Source of the DNA: Auanema rhodensis
Taxonomy: Eukaryota > Animalia > Nematoda
Assembly: GCA_964057225.1 (NCBI GenBank)
Contig: OZ059899.1
Span: 13,454,001 to 13,518,000, forward strand
DNA: 64,000 bases
Direction: 5' to 3'
Shown: positions 17,847 to 28,518 of the stretch, one piece after another
How the letters are laid out: the number at the start of each line of letters is the position of its first letter
Position numbering within the stretch: position 1 is the first letter of the stretch
Notes under the pieces: model-generated
Told to the model about the DNA's origin: nothing
Databases searched by the model: none
What the model saw: the letters and a program-made list of their open reading frames with translations, nothing else
Program-made: the position numbers and the translations under genes

Positions 17847-19006
17847 ATGATTTATACGTTGCCAATAGAATTATTAAGTATAATTTTTAAACAGCTTCCG
17901 TCTGGAACGGATAGACTTAACTTCGCTTTAGTTTGTAAGAAGTTTTTAGCTGCAACGATAAGTTTGTTACTTGATTTGGTTTTTTTTGTCATGCTTGTAC
18001 TCAGAATCATCTTTACCATCTCCTCGTGTTTTACGCATTCTAGTTGGTGATTGTCCATGTCTGGCTTCAGTATCCAATGCTGAGACATGCTTATCTGTTT
18101 GCCAATGTCCTATCCATGGAACAACAGATATTCTTCAATATATTCTACCAATCTTCAGTAATGGTAAGTATTTAATTGGATCTTATTTAACTTTAACCTA
18201 CTTTGAAGTTTTGGAAACGTTGGAGTTGGAAGATGAGCTAACGGGAAGTGGTATATCCGACGATCATATGGCTCTCCTTTTGGCCTGTTGCTCTAGAGCT
18301 CCTCTGAGAAGGTATTTTATTTTAGAAATATAAAATAACCTTATATTGGTTTTAGACTAATTTTATCTCGATGTGATTTGAGAAATGTTCGGCCATGGAC
18401 TTTATCCATGCTCGCTCATTACAGTAACCTACAAGAAGTACCTAAACTTTCTTGGCCTTGTATTAAATAATTTGTGAATTCAGATTTCTTTTGATGGATG
18501 CACAATTCCCATTTCGGAAACTTTATTTATAAGAAGCATTGCCAGTTCATTCAACACTTTAACTTTCTTTGAAATCACTGATAATAGAATGGTTTGCTTC
18601 GAATTCATTTTATTTTTGTATTAATTGACTTCTCCAGGTAACTGATAAGTTATCACGAGCTGTTGCACGTAACTGTCCTCAGCTTGAAAAGTTCTCAGTA
18701 TCTGGCTGTCCTGCTGTATCTACTTTTACAGCATTAGCTCTCATAGAAACTGCTCTTAACCGACGAAATGCCATGTTGACTCTACACCTTCAAAACACGC
18801 AATTTGATCCATCATTGGTCTTTTCTTTTGCCTATTTCAATTTTGATTTTTAAATATTGTTTCAGCTTGAGCGTTACATGCGCAGTCCTTTGTTTGCTGC
18901 GGGTGAAAAGTGGAGGCTTCGCCCAACATCAATAGATATGGGATTTGAAAAACTTGCTGTACTTGCTGAGCATGAGGATGCTCGATGTGTTTTGATCTAT
19001 GTTTAA
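17847..19006 (+). CDS. F-box / leucine-rich-repeat protein
   Basis: N-terminal F-box LPIELLSIIFKQLP..DRLNFALVCKKF, then LRR-like segments (LETLEL, LRRLILSRC, LQEISFDGC, NCPQLEKFSVSGCPAVS) joined by short in-frame GT-AG introns. Stop TAA at 19004-19006. Confidence 0.82.
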
Positions 19007-19521
19007 AAGAAACGCAAATTATGCAGTCCATTTGAGCATTTATTTGAAACTTGACGCGCTACTCTCTACATTTCTCTCTTTCTCTTCGGAAATTTTTATA
19101 ATTAACCTAGAATTTAGTAAAGCACAGAAAACTGCTTAGAAATTTATATGAATTGCTGCTTCTATTCTTTATATCGGAGAATATTTGATAGAAGTGCTGG
19201 TCACTAAGCTTCTTATAGAAAAATAAGAATTCAATTCTAGAAACTGATTAGATGTAAATAATGTGTACATAATATTATTCCAAAATAACTTTGGAATGTG
19301 GGTTAGATTGAAAATTTGGTTGTAAGACAACAATTGTATTGTATAGAAAATGTATTTAGTTCGTATATTGTATAAAATATAATTAAACTATGTTCTTATT
19401 CGTATTCTATCAATAAATCAATTGATATTAGTTTTAAGTTGATTGATATATTGTAGTAATTATCTTATCCTACTAGTAGTGTTCCCACGTCTTGTCTATA
19501 ATTTCGTAACTATGATTATAG

Positions 19522-21293
19522 ATGTGGGACATACTGATCTTGACTGCTGGTTCAAAAAAACAAAAGGATGATTTTGAAATCATTTTAGAAAATTTAAATT
19601 TAACTAAATATACTAATATAGTTCGTGTTTATGCTGATGATCCACCTGGTGTACGGATAGGTTGTTATAAGCTGGATCAGGTGTATTTCATGTTAATTCT
19701 AGGATCGGGGGGCTGTATGTTTTATATTACCAAATCTTTAGCAGATGAGTTTGGAGAAGGACTCGAAAGAAAAAAAGTAACCAAGTGTGCTAACTGATGT
19801 TATATAAAATGGTTTTCTAGATACTGCTCATTCATTCTGGTGGTTGGTCTCAACGCATGCCCCATCTTTCTTGTTTCGGAAAAATCTTTGCTCATTTACC
19901 AGGAGGTAAAACAGTATTAGAACTAAAGCTTGAAACATATAAGTAATAATATTTTGATCACATTCGTTAATACGAAAGGAATTCAGACGTTTTCCGAAAA
20001 TCCTTCGCCCTGGCATAATGGTCGCCGCATCTGACGTCATCGAAGATACATCAAATTTTATTGGAGAAGATAAAAAAGCCGATATGTTATTATTCGCTAA
20101 TCATTCTCATATAGATGTAATTCATTCTTTTATCTTTACGTTTTATCTCATATTCAAAGGATTATAGACAGCTACCCAGCATGGCGTGTTCATCCTTGAT
20201 CACTATGGCAAATTACAAACAGTTCTACAAAAACCAAGTAAGGCTGAAATAATAGAAAAGAAGGCTTTGCAACCTGATGGATTGGTGTTAACAGACTGGT
20301 TAAAATTCAAATTTAGCTTTTTTAAATTATTATTATTTATTAGTTTTTATTGGATATCTTGGAATATTAGTACTAAATTATCTGAACTGTATAGTGAGAA
20401 TTTGAAGGATGAGATTTGTTGCTATGGAGATTTCATGCGACCATTAGGCCAAACTCCTGACCTTCGATATTTAGAAGAAGGTTCGAGAATAACAGACTAT
20501 TAAATCGATTGAATAAAACAAAAGCTTCAGGACAAGATACTTTAAGATATTGGCGTAAGAAATTAGCGAATGTGTTCTCCGCTACTACGGTTGAAGTAAC
20601 TTTCACCAGATGAACATATATTAATAATTGGAAATATATTTAGATAATCGACTTGGGTTCTGAAAGCTTTTTTCATTTAGGTACAGTTAGTGAATTCCTG
20701 GAGCATATACATGAAAAATCTGTATTTGCAAAGAAATTTAACATAAAACACGGAACTGTTTATAGTAACATCGAAAATTGCACGGTTAGTTAGTTATCAA
20801 TTCAAAAAATGAAAAATTGTTAAGATTCGAAAAAATAGCTACATTGAATACTGTAACATTACTAGCATACAAGTAAGCTCGAACTGCATACTGAGTGGAC
20901 TTCAAGCAGGAGATGGAATGCATATTCCGGAAAATTCAATAATATTTACAATTTGCACAAATAGTGGATATGTTACATTCTTCTTCCACACACATGATGA
21001 TATTAAGAAAAAACAAGAAAAACTCTTGTGGATGAAAAAAGATACTGGTTTAAGAAATTGCTCCCTTTGGGATGCAGCTATATTTCCCATCCAAGACAGC
21101 AGGCAATTATCGTTAAATGCTACACTTAGTATGTTGTCATTAGAAAGAGTAGAGGTAACAGAAAAATTATAAGTAACGATTAATAACCATATCATTTCAG
21201 GGGACTGGCGGAATTTCAGTTGCGCAGGCTATAGAAAATAAAAATCTATCAGAAATGGAACGATACCGGCATCAATTAAGACTCCTGCGTTGA
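19522..21293 (+). CDS. Fucose-1-phosphate guanylyltransferase (FPGT, L-fucokinase-family domain)
   Basis: WDILILTA, DPPGVRIGSGG, ILLIHSGGWSQRMPHLSCFGKIF, PGIMVAASD, HGVFILD, LQKPS, EICCYGDFMRPLG, FFHLGTVSEFL, SLWDAAIFP. Stop TGA at 21291-21293. Confidence 0.88.
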
Positions 21294-21652
21294 AAGTTTC
21301 TTCACCATCAGCCTCTGATGGAGTGATCTTGAACGATATCCCACTTTTGATGAAACTGGAGAATTCTCTTCGTTCTCAAGATTAGGATTCGATCCATTTC
21401 CATCACTGTAAAATGTTTTATAAAAATGTATATGCCTGAGAGAACTTACTTGTCAATTCTTATCGGAGTTCTATCGTAATCAAATGTTGGAGAACGGGGA
21501 TCACTTTCAAGAAACTTTAAAACAATTGTAAAATATAATTTCATGATATCAATTCTTACCACATCAGAAGGTGTTTTAGGAATATCTTCATCTGATAAAA
21601 TTGAACATTGTGTATTATTGAAATTATTGGTGGCAGAGAAGACTTGTCCCAT
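21276..21652 (-). CDS. 95-aa CDCA3/Tome-1-like microprotein (exons 21652-21560, 21514-21450, 21405-21276)
   Basis: MGQVFSATNNFNNTQCSILSDEDIPKTPSDV|FLESDPRSPTFDYDRTPIRID|NDGNGSNPNLENEENSPVSSKVGYRSRSLHQRLMVKKLSTQES*. Strong GTAAG donors, 45 and 44 nt introns, TTTTAG acceptor 6 nt before the ATG. Confidence 0.7.
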
Positions 21653-21976
21653 AATACACTAAAATAATAGAACTTACATAATCAAATTCAGCAAGCATAA
21701 AAAAGACAAAAGCAATGTTTACAATACAGGACAAACAGGGTCAGAAAACCGCAACCCGAAAGCATGACCCTGCCAAAAGCAAAGCGGTATCGAATTTAAA
21801 TCTAGCGCGCGTCGTACTAGCGTCATTTGGAGTATCGTTGGAAAAAAATGATGCTGTCTCCTCTAAAGTTTGTTTATATTGGCTTTAATGATATATTTCA
21901 TTAGCATAATATTAATATTTCTTATTTTTAATTTTTGATTCATATTCGTTTTTTAATTTTTTGTAATTTTATGTAG

Positions 21977-23452
21977 ATGTCAAAAAGAGCCGTATCTTTC
22001 GCGGAGAGTATTGAAACTCGCACATTTGAAAAGCCTTTAGAACCTCTAGAGGAGTTTGATCTTCCTGAAACTGAACGTAAAGAAGAATCTGATACTGAGG
22101 TTCTTGTTCAAAATTGCCTCCGGTTTATAGAACTTTTATTAGTTTGATGAAGATGGCATCCCTATTAAAAAAGCTAAAAAGCACACACTTGATAGTGATG
22201 AAGAAGAGGAAGAGGATCACAAACGACTTGACATGAAAAAAGTAGAGAATTTAAATTTTGCATATATATTTTTTTAATAATTTAGGTTGAAGGTCAGGAA
22301 GATGGTGCTATGGACTTTGATGGTAATACGAAGATCACTGCTTTCAATATGAAAGAGGAAGAAGAGGAAGGTCATTTTGATGCTGATGGTAATTTTATAT
22401 TTGATAAAAAGGGGAAGGTATTTCATATTCTTTCATTCAATTGTTAATTTTTTTTTATTAGGATATCAAGGATGAATGGCTTGATAACATTGATTGGGCC
22501 GCCATAAAAAAGAAGGCAGGAGAGCATTGGCAAGTTGAGAATGAGGTTTGTATTTTAAGTGGTATTATAAATCTCATTTTCTAACAATGTGAGTCAGCTT
22601 TTTCACTATGTTTGCATTGTAAGGTGTATATTTTGTGTTCTATAGTCCCTATCTTTATTTTAATTTTATTTGTTTTCTGACTGACTTGACTTTAGGATGC
22701 TGAAGTTAGCTTACCTGCTTTGAATGATAGCAGAAGAAAGGAAATTTATGCGAAACTGATCGAAATCTTGAAACCTGGTCAGACTGTCGCTCAAGCTCTT
22801 GTAGCTATTAAAAAGAAAAAAGGTTTTTTTTATTTTTATATATATTTAAATAATTATTTATGTCCAAATAGGCTTATCGGCAGCCGAAGAAAGAAAGTTG
22901 CGCTGGGCAGCCAAAAAGGCAGGAAAAGCTGTTGAAGATTCCAGTGATCAAAAGGAAGCTAAAGACTTAAGTGCTTTAGCGGATGAACTTCTTTCCGCTG
23001 GACAGGTTTGCGTGTTATATCTGTACAAAGTTTAGAATCAGTTCTTAGATGGAAGCGTACGAGTGGCCTCGTGAACGCATACAGACCATGCTTCAAAAGC
23101 TTGATAATAACGCTGTTGATTCTTTGGATATGTTTTCAGATGCTCCAGGTTCGTATATGTTGGTGTATCGTATATTATTTGAATTTTTAGCCAGTACATC
23201 TGCTAATGCTAATGATGATAAAGAAGAAGATGATGAAGTCAAATGGGAGTATAAAGAAGATAATGACGCTGAGATACAGGTTCGTTCAACATTCTTTTTT
23301 TTTATTTATCTTATTCTTAGGGACCTTTCACATCAGCTGAAATGCTGGAAAAGCAAGAAAAAGGTGATCTTGGCGGAAATGGAGTTGCTAGACGAGTTGG
23401 CAGTGGCGACTTCAACCCAGTTCGCCGTATCGACTTTGATCTTTACGTTTAA
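21977..23452 (+). CDS. teg-1: CD2BP2 / U5-52K / Lin1 homolog with C-terminal GYF-type domain
   Basis: KHTLDSDEE, ITAFNMKEEEEEGHFDADGNFIF, DEWLDNIDW, LKPGQTVAQAL, LDMFSD, VKWEYK...GPFTS...RRIDFDLYV*. Confidence 0.92.
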
Positions 23453-23653
23453 AGTTGTATTTCAAATTTTCATTCCTGTTTTCATGATGTACGCTTTTCC
23501 GGTTAATTAACAATATTCTTAAATTTTTATTAGTTTTGTATATGGTAGAACGGGGTATGAAGTCCCTATAATTACATTACCATATATGTTATATTATCCT
23601 TCAAAGTTTTCCCAACTTTGACAACTTTTAATCTGATCTTTCAATACTTTTAG

Positions 23654-24507
<854 letters not shown>

Positions 24508-25381
24508 AATTTGTGATATGTCCATACTATGTAAAGTTTTTAACTAAGTTTCATTCCTTTTTTTTTCGTGTGGCTGGAGCCTTGACAACTGGATAGTTTT
24601 CTTTCAACCCGATTTATAACAATTTTTGCTTAAAATCTTTTTTTTTCTAAGAAAAATTGCGAGTATATGTTTTTTTTGAGCATATTATAACTTTTTATTT
24701 TGGTTCCCAATCGTGCAATCTTAATATTAATTATGTTTTTTTTATCCATAGCAGGTTTACTAAATTAATTTAATGTAACATTCGATTATAATATTGATGT
24801 TCCATGCTTTAGATTTTTAGGTTGAATAAACTGTACAATAAGACAAATATTTATTAATTTAAAACTTAATTTGTCAAAGTTTACATGCCAAAAACATTGG
24901 TTCAAATAATGAAGATTTACGATGATCTGGCAGGCTTTGGCTTCCTATATAAACTTATTCATTAAAGAGAAAAGAATACACTATCAACCCATAATTCATA
25001 ATAATAGTTAATAAAAATGAAGAAATATATAGAATTGAATAAATTGAAGATAATGATAACACACGGGAATTGACATAAACATCATGGAAAGATAAAAAGG
25101 CTTTCGTGCAATTATTCTGATTAAAAAAATTATAAAACAGAAAAATAAAATTAAAGATATGAGAATGATGTTTGAAGTAATAAGTAGCAGTTTGAGAAAT
25201 TTAGGAAAAGCAAGTCTAATGTGAGTGTATTATTCTGTCTAATCTGTGTTTTCATAAATATTGGTAATGAGAAGGCGAAAAAATGTTAAAAGGAAAGCCT
25301 CAAATTGGAAAAATATAACAGAAATGGTGCTGACATTATCGTCAGACATAAAGCAAAACAGTTTTTGCTAGTAGATGAAGC

Positions 25382-27796
25382 CTACAACAAAGAATAATAG
25401 ACAAGGCCGAGTACACTTGTGACGACAGCTAAAGAAATTGTCAAGCCCTCTTGGGAACTTCGTTGAGCTTCAGCGCCTGAAAAATGAAAAAAAAAATAAT
25501 CTTGACCCAATGGAAAAGAAAAAAAAACGTTTGAAAAGAGTTGAGAGATTGAACATTTTTTTACAACAACAAATGATTTCAGTGTGACAATTTCAAAGTG
25601 AATAAAAAGACTTACGATTCACGTGCACAATCTGGCTAGCACGCTGATCGCGATTTTGACAAGCGTAGTCGCCGTCGTCGTCCATCGTAGCAGCTCGAAT
25701 TCGGACGGTATGCACAACAACACCAGTAGCTCTCTTGACTTTCCATACATATTCTGAAATGATTCAAGTTAGTTTTTGATATTTGAAAAAAATTAGAATT
25801 TTGTGAGATGCAACCGATTTCTGTGCGTCCGAATATAGAAATGAATTTCAAAAGTAATAAACGAAATTAGCATAATGATAAATGATCCGAATTTAAATTC
25901 TTAAACTTACTTGTAGTATCATTCAAGTTGATAGATTTACCGTCACGAGTCCAAACAACATCTTCTTCTGATGAATCTCCGAGAGCAACAGTGCAGTTCA
26001 GTAGGACTTCATTGCCAGCCATATTAGCAACAAGCTTAGTACTTTTTTCTGCAAAAAATAGAAAAATGAAAAATGAAAAATTTATAAACATCTGTGTAGA
26101 AATGTTTTCTATTAGATTTCTCAGTATGTTACCTAATTCTTTAAAGGTTTTTAAAAGGAAACGTTCACAATACTAACTATATTTGTTGTAAAATTTATAT
26201 ATTAATTGTGACAAGAACGTATTTTGAGATGATATATTGAGGTTTGAGCAATATCAACTTACTATGACATCGTTCCCATGGTGGATAACGGGCAAATGCC
26301 AAATACATAAAGCAGTTGAACAATAGAAATATGTTAAATAACATTTGTTACGAGAGGAAACATAGAAATAATGTAGTTTCTGAATATGATAAGGGTTAAA
26401 GCTTGAAGCTATTTTGAATAATACGAACAGCTTCTTGTACGAATGATTATATTCAAAACACCAGATGAGATGCCAAAATCTCTAGTTGAAATAGAGAATG
26501 ATGGAAGAGAAGCAGGCTGTGTCTGATGGGTGTTACTAACAGCACTGGACGGAATGGCTGAGTTAAAGCCGATGAAAACCTTCTGATAAGAAGTTGAACA
26601 CGAATACTCTAGAGTATGCTTCTTTTTTTTGGAATTACAAGGCTGAAGGATATGTGTTAAACCACCTTGTGGGTTAGAGATGGCAATGTGATGCGGGGGG
26701 GGGGGAGCGAATTGAACAAGGAACTGCCTCCACAATGTGGAAAAATGGAGGAGAAAAGAGGAGGGCGAAAGAAGATGAAGCAGCAGAGGAAAGAAAGTTG
26801 TTGGTTTGGAAGATCTGCTTCGTTCATCTGTTAGAGCAGCTCCATCTTGTTGAAGTTGCCGAATGAAGAAATGCTTCGAAAGATGAGAAGAACAATAGGA
26901 AATAAAAGAAATAAGTTCAAATTTTAAAAGTAGAAAAAAGAAAAAGAAGAAGCAGACTAGGTAAAAATGACCCAGAAGTCGTAATAAGTATGCTCATGAA
27001 ATAATAATTCGGAAATACTTCAGAATGAATTCTAAGTACAAATGAGAGAAGAATAGAGAGAGGTGCACAACTTCAACATCGGGAATGCTTCATGATCTTA
27101 ACATTCGATATAGCTACTCTAAATTTGAATGCCAATAGTTTTTTTTTGTTTATTGCTTTATTGACATTTTAATCTCAATAATGAATTGGCTACTCAAATA
27201 GTGACGTGCCTGAGGCAAAGGATGTTGCCATAGCTTGAAGCAGGCAGGGGAATGAAGCATTATATGTCATTCAAACTGAAGACGGAACTGCTGACTAGTT
27301 ATACGGCGATTTTAATCGAATTTAGTGTTATTTTCACATTTTGTGATGTTTTCCCTATTCAAACTATTTGTTATTTGTTCTCCCTTGTTGCTGTTCAATT
27401 GCTACTCCATGTTTGGCGGTTTGATGGCATCTCATATCTGTGGATTGAGACCTCACAAGAATGCTGCTACATTGCTGTGCGAATTCATATCAACGTTGGA
27501 AAATTGAGCTTATTTCAAAACGATGTTAAAATAATTTTTGGAGCTGATGTGGAAATCAAACAAGGGCAGCATGTCGCCTAACAGGTTCGGTCATTTCTAC
27601 ATTTCTAGTTAAATACAACTCTTTGAAGCAGATAATTCAGTTTTTATACGGCAAATTGAAGGAAACAATGTTAGCGACTGAGCTCCAGATAACGCCCTTG
27701 GTTTCCTCTTGGGCTTTTATTGTCACAATGAAAGGTACAGAAAGCGGTTCTGTCCCTGCAATAGATTGGAAGAGAGTGAGAGAGAGGGGGGGAGAG

Positions 27797-27879
<83 letters not shown>

Positions 27880-28485
27880 AAGAGAGAGAGAGAGAAGAAG
27901 AGAGAAATCTTCTTCGTTTGAGGTTGAAATTGATAAAATGATTTTGCTTTAAGTTTTTATGCTTAACATCATTTGTCATTCAGAAGAAAAGTTATGGAAA
28001 AAAAGAAACATCCTAATCTCTCTGGGGAGATTTGAATGTGAAAATATGAAATCTATATAGCCGATCGTAAGTAGTGAATAGTAAAAATAGAGAATTAAAA
28101 GAAAAAAAAAGAAAAAAAGAAAGCTGAACAACAAAACAAAGTACGTCTTGTCACATTTTCTTTTCTATTATGATATACAAATTGAAATAATTACAGATAT
28201 TTTAATAAATATTACTGTAACTTACTTGAGTTCACAGTGGCCATAGTAGGTGGCTCTGAAATGAAATCAACAATTAATTTTCAAATAGTAAGTTGAATGA
28301 GAAGGTTTTAAATATTTGAAAATGGAAAAAAATATATTGGCATCTAAGCTCGAAGAATTTGGCATCACAAGACACGGCTGAACGGATGCTTTGCTATACT
28401 CTTGAATGTATGAAAGGTATTTTGGAATTGATAGAAAGGACATCACTTCAGACGTGAATGCATACAGTGATAGAGGGAAAGAGAA

Positions 28486-28518
<33 letters not shown>

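Noticed and set aside
27214-27239. AGGCAAAGGATGTTGCCATAGCTTGA resembles miR-72/miR-31
   Set aside because: Seed disrupted by an insertion and no complementary star arm nearby.
27623-27979. ORFs rich in ER/RE or SL dipeptides (also 28458, 35471, 39519, 43562, 59673, 61261, 62535, 63508)
   Set aside because: Artefacts of (GA)n/(TC)n microsatellites lacking stop codons.
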